In this document: one piece after another, positions 7,954 to 15,199 of the stretch
Layout of the letters: each line of letters begins with the position of its first letter
How positions within the stretch are numbered: the stretch's first letter is position 1
Assembly (NCBI GenBank): GCA_032123335.1
Contig: JAQBFN010000034.1
Span: 1-15,617, forward strand
Direction: 5' to 3'
DNA: 15,617 nucleotides
DNA from: Candidatus Micrarchaeota archaeon
GTDB taxonomy: Archaea; Micrarchaeota; Micrarchaeia; Anstonellales; Bilamarchaeaceae
Made by a program: the position numbers and the translations under genes
Notes under the pieces: generated by a model
The model's database searches: none
Seen by the model: only the letters and a program-made list of their open reading frames with translations
What the model was told of the DNA's origin: nothing

Positions 7954-8047
7954 TCAATTTTTTGCTGGCGTTGCTCTGAAGCAAAAATCTGTGTAGCCTT
8001 TGGCCACATTTCTTGAGCAGAGCTCAAGATTGTCAAAAAACACAGCA
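7954..8047. terminator. Bidirectional terminator region with oligo-T tracts and inverted repeats
   Basis: Lies between convergent genes. T6 at 7958-7963 on the plus strand, A6 at 8035-8040 (T6 on the minus strand), and a perfect inverted repeat TCTTGAGC-AGA-GCTCAAGA at 8011-8029. Confidence 0.55.
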
Positions 8048-9016
8048 TTATTCCAACTTAAGTGAATAGTGGAAATACGGATTCTTTTCTTTCCCCCGCT
8101 TCAACAGTTCAATATCGTATCCATCTTCCTCAATCCTTTTCCTTTCCCTCTCAATTTCCCTTTCGTTCATGTATCTCATCCCCTCCCCTTTCTCCACTGC
8201 AAATACATCTTCCCCAAGCTTTCCCCGCACAAACTGGTCCTGGGTTTCCAGCTCCCCTCCCAATTCCTTAAGCATAAATCCAAAATTCACATCCACAGTG
8301 TACTCCCCCCCATACTTCCTCACAACAGAATCATTCCACATTCCCATGGGCCCCTCACTTTCCAAAAACCCGTAATCCATCATGCTGATTCCCCCGCCAG
8401 TACGCACCTTCCCCTTCCATTCCCCCACCAGCTTCGCAGCGCGCAAATTCAAAGGAATCCAGTATTCCTCCGGCATTCCCTCCATATGCTCCCGCACCCC
8501 GGTAGGCACCTCCATTTTCTCTTCCGCGCAAAACTCCCCATTGTTCATCCCCACCTCATAGATTTTATCTCCCTTCCTCAAAAACACACGCGCAGGAATA
8601 TCATCCAGGATTTCGTTTCCCCGCACCCAGAACGCATCCCCCATCTTCTCCACTTTCTCAGCTTCAGCATTAACTTTTTCAATTGCAAAATCCCCAAGCT
8701 TCCCCTCCGCTTCATCCAGCAATTTTCCGCTCATGTCCCACAGCAGGTAAACCACCTTTTTTGCAATGGTCGAATCCATCTGCGTCAGCCCCCTCAAAAA
8801 ATTCAGCGCAAAGCTTCCGTCCCCAACTCCAAATTCATAGACCCTCAATTCTTCCTCACCCTCAGATTTTTGCGCACGCTCAAGAAACTCAATCGCACAT
8901 GCTTTCCCAAGTTTCGAACATGCAGAAAAAGTCTTGAAATCCGCATAGATGTGCTTCCCCCGCTCAGCATAATATGCAGAATTAGCTTTTTCCATGAGCT
9001 TTGCAATATTTTCCAT
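8048..9016 (-). CDS. SAM-dependent methyltransferase, MidA/NDUFAF7 (DUF185)-like
   Basis: Family-like motifs in order: YY...DFKT, SAM motif I VYEFGVGDGS, GNEILDDIP, MDYG and TVDVNF. ATG 9016 is preferred over 9052, which would leave no room for divergent promoters. Confidence 0.75.
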   Translation of the reverse strand: MENIAKLMEKANSAYYAERGKHIYADFKTFSACSKLGKACAIEFLERAQKSEGEEELRVYEFGVGDGSFALNFLRGLTQMDSTIAKKVVYLLWDMSGKLLDEAEGKLGDFAIEKVNAEAEKVEKMGDAFWVRGNEILDDIPARVFLRKGDKIYEVGMNNGEFCAEEKMEVPTGVREHMEGMPEEYWIPLNLRAAKLVGEWKGKVRTGGGISMMDYGFLESEGPMGMWNDSVVRKYGGEYTVDVNFGFMLKELGGELETQDQFVRGKLGEDVFAVEKGEGMRYMNEREIERERKRIEEDGYDIELLKRGKEKNPYFHYSLKLE

Positions 9017-9069
9017 GTGCTCAATTCCTGCTCCGAAACAAATAATAAGCATATTCCTGATATACCCGC
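9017..9069. promoter_or_regulatory. Compact divergent promoter
   Basis: 53-bp gap with a central AATAATAA (9041-9048) about 22-32 nt from both divergent start codons. Confidence 0.45.
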
Positions 9070-9627
9070 ATGCAGCAGTTCATACTTGATACCAGCCTAT
9101 TCGTAAACCCTGCATGCAGGAAGCAGTTCGGGAAAACCCCTGATGCAGCAATATCCGGTTTCCTGAAGAAAGCAAAATCCAAGAAATCCAAGGCAGAGTT
9201 CTACATGCCCCCACTGGTGTTCACAGAACTCTCCCATTTTGCGGAAAAGGGCGCTTCCAAGCTTGCATCAATAGTAAAGAAGCGCGCCCCAAACCTCTAC
9301 GGAATCTACATCCCTGCCCCCATATTATACTCATTTATAGAAGATGTGCGCCACCGCATAAACAAAGGCCTCAGGGTTGCAGAGGAATTTGCCCAGGACA
9401 ACCAACCCGACAACAAGATAAAGCTCAACAAGCTCCGGGCCAAGTACCGGGAAGCAATGCGCAAGGGAATGGTGGATTCCCGGGAGGATTTAGAGATAAT
9501 CCTTCTCGCATACGAGTTAGGTGCAACAATAGTTACTGCAGACGAAGGCATGATTGACATGGCCAACCAGATAGGGGTGCAGTGGATAGAGGCTGAGAAG
9601 TTCAGCGCACTCCTGAAAGCGCTCTAA
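9070..9627 (+). CDS. HARP protein-only (RNA-free) RNase P; PIN-like 'RNA ligase partner' (MJ0950 family)
   Basis: 185 aa. N-terminal ILDTS, spike-helix segment RINKGLRVAE...LRAKYREAMRKG, and catalytic aspartate motifs GMVDSREDLE and TADEG. Confidence 0.9.
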   Translation: MQQFILDTSLFVNPACRKQFGKTPDAAISGFLKKAKSKKSKAEFYMPPLVFTELSHFAEKGASKLASIVKKRAPNLYGIYIPAPILYSFIEDVRHRINKGLRVAEEFAQDNQPDNKIKLNKLRAKYREAMRKGMVDSREDLEIILLAYELGATIVTADEGMIDMANQIGVQWIEAEKFSALLKAL

Positions 9628-10691
9628 TCGGCCTGCCCGTAGCCTTCAATTGCCCGGCGCACCTGCCGGCTCCCTTTCTTGTAAATTTTCCTGAATTTAA
9701 TCCGTATTCCCCCATTCTCCCCTCTCTCTGAATCTACCTTAATCATTACTTCAGAAGACATGTGCTCCAGAACCTTCTCCCAGGTTCCCCTTTTCCCTAC
9801 AAGAATCTCAAATTTCTCGCTTACCTCCCCATCATCCTTTACTATTGGATACAAATTTTTGTGAAGCGCCTCTCCCATGCGCGCATCATACTTCTTCTTG
9901 CTTAGCCCAAGCTCGGAAATGGAAATCGCGCTCCTAAACACCCTCTGCTTCATGAAGCCCGCAGGCATATCAAAAATCATATGGGAGTTCTCCGCAAGAT
10001 CCCGTATCTCCGAAGAAGGAACAACATACTTGATCACCTTCCTTGGTAGGTGCTGCTTCATCACAATTCCCTCCCCTCCTTTCTTGTCCACGGAAACCGC
10101 AATCCGCTTAAGCTCCTTAATATTGGATTTCTTTACCTTCCCAAAGCAGGGAACGCACCCCAGCCCATACTCCTCGCAAAGCGTTTTCCTGTAATCCGGG
10201 CCCAGGAACCGGGTTTTCCCGTTTCCCACGTCAAAAACATAATATTTCACATCAAACTTCCCGGTAGGCTCGGTATAGGGCGTATTCCCAATCATTTCCA
10301 TATACAGAACCTGGGAAGGGTGGTCCCTGAAGAATGCCTGCAATTTTTCATCCGCAGAAACCTTTTCTGTTGCAAAATAATCCAGGAATCCGCCCCTTGA
10401 AATAGCATAAATCTTCCCCCCTTCCTTCAAAACCCTCAGATTAAACCCATCTATTTTCTCCTCCACCCAGGCATCCCCCGCATGCAGGTTCCTTTTGACT
10501 CCTTCGAAAATTGAAAAAATCCTCATTATTTTCGGGTAACCATAAACTACTCTCTTCCCGATAACCACAGTGCCGCGCGGGATGCTCCCCAGCTTCTCTG
10601 AAAACCGGTACACTCCGTCCCTCTGCTCAATCCTTCCTTTGCGGATTGCACCAAGAATCTTTTCCCTAAGGTTCGCCCTAAGTTCCTTCAT
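9624..10691 (-). CDS. ATP-dependent RNA ligase, Pab1020/Rnl3 family
   Basis: Nucleotidyltransferase motifs: I EEKIDGFN, Ia SRG, III YMEMIG, IIIa YYVFDV, IV EGIVMK and V VIKY. N-terminal RGTV and GYPKI.R are also present. ATG 10691 follows GAGG; TTG 10700 is an alternative start. Confidence 0.9.
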   Translation of the reverse strand: MKELRANLREKILGAIRKGRIEQRDGVYRFSEKLGSIPRGTVVIGKRVVYGYPKIMRIFSIFEGVKRNLHAGDAWVEEKIDGFNLRVLKEGGKIYAISRGGFLDYFATEKVSADEKLQAFFRDHPSQVLYMEMIGNTPYTEPTGKFDVKYYVFDVGNGKTRFLGPDYRKTLCEEYGLGCVPCFGKVKKSNIKELKRIAVSVDKKGGEGIVMKQHLPRKVIKYVVPSSEIRDLAENSHMIFDMPAGFMKQRVFRSAISISELGLSKKKYDARMGEALHKNLYPIVKDDGEVSEKFEILVGKRGTWEKVLEHMSSEVMIKVDSERGENGGIRIKFRKIYKKGSRQVRRAIEGYGQAD

Positions 10692-12048
10692 CGTCCTCAA
10701 CCGTTTCCTGGATTTCCGTTTTCTTCTCCCTTGCTTCTTCCACCTGCTCCCTCAATTTCCTCTTCTTTGCAGCTTCTTCCTTAACCTCTTCGCTCAGTTC
10801 ACCCTCATCATCCCCATTCTCCCCCTTCCTTTCTCCCCCAGTCATCATCACCCCGAAGGTGGTTATGATTATGCTCGCAACAATCACCACGAATGCAATT
10901 TGCGGGAACAGTGCAAGCTCCCTGTAAATCATCCCGAACTGTGAATACCCAATAACCCCTGCATTTTCCAGCAAAATTGAAGCAGGGTATGTGGCCATGA
11001 TTGCGGTTGCAAGCCCCCTTGTCATAAGCACCCCAAGCTCTTTATTGTATTGTGCAAGGTCGCTTCCCGTAGTGGAAATCCAAACCGCAGCCTGCCTCGC
11101 CCCCAAAAGCACAAGCGTTATCCCAACCCCCAGGATAACCACATCCATGCTCGTTATGTTCACGATTATCCCAAGGAACACAAAGAAGAAAGTGCGCACC
11201 AGGAACGAAACCTCATCCTGGAACTGGGCCATCTTGGGCTCCTGCAGCACATCCTTGAACCGCAGCATCTTTCCGATTTCACCCATATTCCCAAGCATAA
11301 TCCCGAATACGAGCGCTGCAATCGCCCCGCTCCCTGCCATAAACTCAGTGGCTATGTAAAGCACAAGCATTATCGCGAGCGTAAGCATGTAGTAGAAATT
11401 CAATTTGCGCAGTTTATCGCTCAGGTTTATCCAAGCCATCCCAAAAAGCCCTCCCAACACTGCCCCAATGGAAAAGCTTGCAATCACGCTTTGCGTAGTC
11501 CCCTCTATTGTTGCATGCCCGGAAATGAGTGCCCCTGTAAGGGATAGGACAAGAACCACGCTAATCACATCCGTAACCGAGGATTCAATCGTAAGTGTCT
11601 GCCGTGCATTTTCGCTGATGTCCATTCCCCTTGAGATTGGGATAACTATTGCAGACCCCGTGCCCGCAACAATCGCACCAATAAGCAGCCCGCTGAGCAA
11701 ATCATTCCCCAGCATCATCCAGATTGCCGCAACCGCCACAATCGAGAATATGAGCCCCAGCCCCCCAAGCACTATGCCTCTTCCGCTCTCGTGTACAAGC
11801 CTGTAAATATTGAGCTGGATTCCCCCATCAAACAGCAGTATCATCAGCGCCAGCGGAGCAAAAAGGTACTGCAGCCCCACCATCAGGTCAACATCCACAA
11901 TCCCTGTTATCGGCCCCAGCAGGTACCCCGTAGCAAGAAGTATAAGCACGGATGGAATCTTGAATCTCCTGAAGAGAAGCTCCCCAAAGAATCCAATAAG
12001 GATGATTCCAGCTAGAATTGCAAAAGCCACAAGGGTTTCAAGAGCCAT
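10678..12048 (-). CDS. Cation:proton antiporter, CPA1/NhaP-like
   Basis: About 12-13 hydrophobic helices. Motifs: KIPSVL, ILLFDGG, ESSVTD, GSG.IAALVFG, FFFVFLG and TRGLA. Has a charged C-terminal tail and an SD-like GGTGG upstream. Confidence 0.88.
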   Translation of the reverse strand: MALETLVAFAILAGIILIGFFGELLFRRFKIPSVLILLATGYLLGPITGIVDVDLMVGLQYLFAPLALMILLFDGGIQLNIYRLVHESGRGIVLGGLGLIFSIVAVAAIWMMLGNDLLSGLLIGAIVAGTGSAIVIPISRGMDISENARQTLTIESSVTDVISVVLVLSLTGALISGHATIEGTTQSVIASFSIGAVLGGLFGMAWINLSDKLRKLNFYYMLTLAIMLVLYIATEFMAGSGAIAALVFGIMLGNMGEIGKMLRFKDVLQEPKMAQFQDEVSFLVRTFFFVFLGIIVNITSMDVVILGVGITLVLLGARQAAVWISTTGSDLAQYNKELGVLMTRGLATAIMATYPASILLENAGVIGYSQFGMIYRELALFPQIAFVVIVASIIITTFGVMMTGGERKGENGDDEGELSEEVKEEAAKKRKLREQVEEAREKKTEIQETVEDDEGT

Positions 12049-12056
12049 TCATCCAC

Positions 12057-12569
12057 CTACCAAGGAACCTTTTTAAGCCCCAGTTTATTCGCGCTTACGT
12101 TCGCCCCCACGTGCAACACATAAGATATAACTATTATGAACAGGATGTTCGGAACTGTGTAAATCTCACTTGCAAATGGGTATGCAAACACCAATCCCCC
12201 TATAGTAAAGTCCATCTGGTCCAGTACATTGAACTGCTTCCCCGGAGCCATCTTCAGCCTTCTTTTCAGGAAGCTCCCTGCAGCATCCCCCACAAGCGCC
12301 CCAACCGCAAGCATCGCTCCGGCCAGGAACAGTGTTTCCCTATTCCCAAACAGGAGCTCCGGCCAGAGGAGTGCTAGCACTCCTGCAGCAATAACTCCTG
12401 CAGCAATCCCTCCAACAAACCCCCTAATGCTCTTGGTTTTTCCAAAAAGATCCCTCCCATCCCCAAGCGTTATGCCCAGGTCCAGCCTTGCACCGCCTCC
12501 CACCAATACGGGTGCGGCATTCGCAACATAACAGGGGAGCATAAACACGAGCAATTCCAGGAACACCAT
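12057..12569 (-). CDS. carS: CDP-archaeol synthase
   Basis: Diagnostic DUF46/CarS motifs: PCYVANAAPV, DGRDLFGKTKSIRG, GDAAGSFLKRRL, LDQMDF and C-terminal LGLKKVPW. Confidence 0.93.
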   Translation of the reverse strand: MVFLELLVFMLPCYVANAAPVLVGGGARLDLGITLGDGRDLFGKTKSIRGFVGGIAAGVIAAGVLALLWPELLFGNRETLFLAGAMLAVGALVGDAAGSFLKRRLKMAPGKQFNVLDQMDFTIGGLVFAYPFASEIYTVPNILFIIVISYVLHVGANVSANKLGLKKVPW

Positions 12570-12714
12570 TGCCTATCGAGTCCCATTCCCGACCAATATT
12601 TTTAAATTAGCTCCTTTCTCCCGAAAATCTTCCCTCCCTGTTCTTAAATTGCCATTTTTCCCCAAATAATTAACTATTTAAACAAGGACTAACACAATAT
12701 TTGGGTGGAGAGGT
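12570..12714. promoter_or_regulatory. Divergent promoter region between carS and the hypothetical gene
   Basis: TTTAAAAA on the minus strand at 12599-12606, TTTAAA on the plus strand at 12677-12682, and an SD-like GGAGAGGT before GTG 12715. Confidence 0.5.
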
Positions 12715-13782
12715 GTGCACTTGCAGAGCCAACCTATAGAGATTAGAGATGAGCTTCGCTCCCTTCTTGAGCATCTTTCAGATTCATCTCCACAAATGCG
12801 CATGGCTGCAGCACAGCATATTGGGGAATTCTCACAGTTTATATCTTCTTCAGAGAAGCCCATACTCCTGCTCCAACTCAAAAATATGATTCTCAATGGA
12901 ACTGAGCAGTCTGATTTCCGCTTTGGGCTCGATGCGCTGGGGAAGGTCGCATCCGGCCCGATGCCAACACATGTAACCAGCAACATTCCGTTCACAAAAA
13001 AAGATGCAGTGGGAATTGTTTTTGAAGCATGCACCCTGGATTGGGTCTCAGAAAAGCTGGACCAGGACAGGATAATAAACTCAGGAGTAAAAGCAATTAC
13101 CTCCATTGCAGGGGATGAGCCTTTACAGGTACAGTGCAAGCTGCTTGAGATGCTTTCCAGGAAATCTGAAACAGCCAGGATGCTCGCACTCACTTCAATA
13201 TTCGTGCTTGACCTAAACACCCCTGAAGCAATCCGGAAAGTTGCATCTTCAACAATGGACGCAAATTCCAATGTTAGGTTGCGTGCGGAAGAAACGTTCA
13301 GGAAAATTTCAAGGTTTGGGCACCCAATCCGCAACATGGTGCTTTGCAGTACTCCTCGCGAAGCCAGGAATGCAGCAGAAATTCTGCTCAACCAAAAATC
13401 CCCTGATACTCATTCTCTCAAGGCACTTGCGGTAGTTTCTTTCCTGCGCGGAACAGAAAAAGGCAACGAGCTCATCAATCTCATGCTCGAAAGGAACCTG
13501 CTCAGGGAAACCGACATAGAAAAGCATGAAAAAGAGGCGCGGGAAGGATGCTCCACTTCCGAAATGGAGGCAATGCTGGGAAGGCGCAAAAGGCAGCTTC
13601 GCTCAAAGCTTTTTGCTATTCAGCAGGGGCCGAGTTTGGGGAGGGACAGTGTTCCTTCAGTGGGATGGAGGCAAGGCAGGTTCCACGAGCCGAGTAAACC
13701 CCCACATTCGCACAAGCGCAGGAGTTCAATCCCCCCAATGCCCGGAACCTTAGGAGCAACCCCAGGAAAACTCCTGAATTAA
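12715..13782 (+). CDS. Hypothetical alpha-helical HEAT-repeat-like protein
   Basis: 355-aa ORF that fills the gap. HEAT-like units LLEHLSDSSPQMRMAAAQHIG and VASSTMDANSNVRLRAEETF, plus a low-complexity P/S/R/G C-terminal tail. Confidence 0.7.
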   Translation: MHLQSQPIEIRDELRSLLEHLSDSSPQMRMAAAQHIGEFSQFISSSEKPILLLQLKNMILNGTEQSDFRFGLDALGKVASGPMPTHVTSNIPFTKKDAVGIVFEACTLDWVSEKLDQDRIINSGVKAITSIAGDEPLQVQCKLLEMLSRKSETARMLALTSIFVLDLNTPEAIRKVASSTMDANSNVRLRAEETFRKISRFGHPIRNMVLCSTPREARNAAEILLNQKSPDTHSLKALAVVSFLRGTEKGNELINLMLERNLLRETDIEKHEKEAREGCSTSEMEAMLGRRKRQLRSKLFAIQQGPSLGRDSVPSVGWRQGRFHEPSKPPHSHKRRSSIPPMPGTLGATPGKLLN

Positions 13783-13825
13783 GCGATAGTTATTTAATTC
13801 TCTTTTTTCCATTCCACTCTTACAG

Positions 13826-14785
13826 GTGGGATTCATGACCGAAAGAAACTATTCACGAACCAGCAAAGAAAATAAGGAAGGCACGAAGCTTCCATATCTC
13901 GTTCTTGCGTTCTTTACGCTTGGGTTTATTGCCCTTGTTGTAATCGCGCTTGTTTCAATTGCATTTGAAGGCCCCTTTATGGGGGAGTGCGTTGCAGTGG
14001 TTGAGCTCAATGGGGAAATCACAACCGAGTCCATGCCCGCAAGCATTTTTTCTGAAGGGACATATGGCTCCTACGAACTCTCCCGGAAAATCCAGGCGCT
14101 TAATGAGCGCGAGGAAATCGGCGCAGTTCTCCTTGTGGTGAATTCGCCCGGAGGCTCAGTTGTTGCTTCCGATGAAATCTACCGTGCAGTGGATTCCCTG
14201 GACAAGCCCACCGTTGCATACTTCCGTGAGGTTGCTGCCTCAGGAGGCTATTACGTTTCCACACCTGCAGATTACATAATTTCCGAGCCCAATGCTCTTA
14301 CCGGTTCCATAGGCACAATAATGTACCTGACTGAATTCAGCGAGCTCGCAGACAAAATAGGGGTGAGGGACATTGCAGTAAAATCCGGAGAAATGAAGGA
14401 CATCGGAAACCCGCTCCGCAACATGACCGAAGAGGAATACGCCCTTCTCCACGAACTTGTAATGGAATCCTTCCAGGACTTTAAATCCAGGATAACCACC
14501 CATAGGGGAGACAGGCTGAAATACCCCTACTTCAATGAAGTTCTTGATGGACGGGTTATTTCCGGGAGGATGGCCCTCCAGGCAGGATTAGTTGATGAAC
14601 TCGGCTCAAGGGAGGATGCACTCATGATGGCAGCAGACCTCGCAGGAATCGAGTATGAATCTGCCCTGGATATAGAAACCTGCACCATCCGCACAACCCC
14701 AGAATCCGCAGGCCTCTTTGACATGCATTCCCTCCTGGACGGCATATTCGCAGCGGACACTATGCCTTCTCTTCAATACAGGTGA
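13826..14785 (+). CDS. sppA: Signal peptide peptidase SppA (peptidase S49), short single-domain type
   Basis: N-terminal TM helix. Motifs: VNSPGGSV, AASGGYY (catalytic Ser), TGSIG, KSGEMKD (catalytic Lys) and GLVDELG. The start is GTG 13826 or ATG 13835. Confidence 0.92.
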   Translation: MGFMTERNYSRTSKENKEGTKLPYLVLAFFTLGFIALVVIALVSIAFEGPFMGECVAVVELNGEITTESMPASIFSEGTYGSYELSRKIQALNEREEIGAVLLVVNSPGGSVVASDEIYRAVDSLDKPTVAYFREVAASGGYYVSTPADYIISEPNALTGSIGTIMYLTEFSELADKIGVRDIAVKSGEMKDIGNPLRNMTEEEYALLHELVMESFQDFKSRITTHRGDRLKYPYFNEVLDGRVISGRMALQAGLVDELGSREDALMMAADLAGIEYESALDIETCTIRTTPESAGLFDMHSLLDGIFAADTMPSLQYR

Positions 14786-15144
14786 GCAGTTTGGAAGCCA
14801 GGAGCATTGCAATAGCGATAATTTTCGTTCTCGTGGGCTTTGTAATCCTCTCCACTTTCATTACTCTATTCAAGCCCCCGGATGCAAGCTCAAGCTTCAC
14901 CCCCACAACCATGCAGCTCGGCTCTTCCGATGCAGAGGAATGCGTTTCCGGAATGCAGGAATCCTGCTGGGATGAGAACCGTTGCCCAGGAACCAAAACC
15001 TGCGAACACGGAACCTGGTCTTCCTGTGCAATCCCCAATGAATGCATCCCAGGGGAAAAGGAGTACTGCGCAACAGGGGGATGCGCGAACGGAGTGCAAA
15101 AGTGCAACAATTGCGGCCAGTGGGGCCCCTGCCTCCCTCAATAG
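14782..15144 (+). CDS. Small membrane-anchored cysteine-rich repeat protein
   Basis: GTGA overlap with the sppA stop. N-terminal TM helix, S/T/P linker, then two tandem Cys-rich units (11 Cys in total). Confidence 0.75.
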   Translation: MSSLEARSIAIAIIFVLVGFVILSTFITLFKPPDASSSFTPTTMQLGSSDAEECVSGMQESCWDENRCPGTKTCEHGTWSSCAIPNECIPGEKEYCATGGCANGVQKCNNCGQWGPCLPQ

Positions 15145-15169
15145 TTTCGGGATAAGGCACTCCGGTGAA

Positions 15170-15177
15170 TTTAAAAA
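15170..15177 (+). promoter_or_regulatory. TATA-box candidate for the pilin-like gene
   Basis: TTTAAAAA lies 23-30 nt upstream of ATG 15200. Confidence 0.5.
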
Positions 15178-15199
15178 CTTTTATTCCTGAATTATATCG

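Noticed and set aside
7954..8047. tRNA or CRISPR repeat in the hairpin-rich intergenic region
   Set aside because: There is no T-loop GTTC consensus or proper acceptor stem on either strand, and no repeated unit with spacers.
8069..9106. 345-aa plus-strand ORF
   Set aside because: It is an antisense shadow of the methyltransferase. Its H/P/L/F-rich composition reflects the purine-rich coding strand opposite.
9070..9627. PIN-domain toxin (VapC) of a toxin-antitoxin pair
   Set aside because: The length, spike-helix insert and GxxDSxED motif match HARP, and there is no small antitoxin gene upstream.
12678..13391. 237-aa minus-strand ORF
   Set aside because: It is a Ser-rich antisense frame of the 355-aa plus-strand gene, which has an SD, a TATA box and HEAT-like units.
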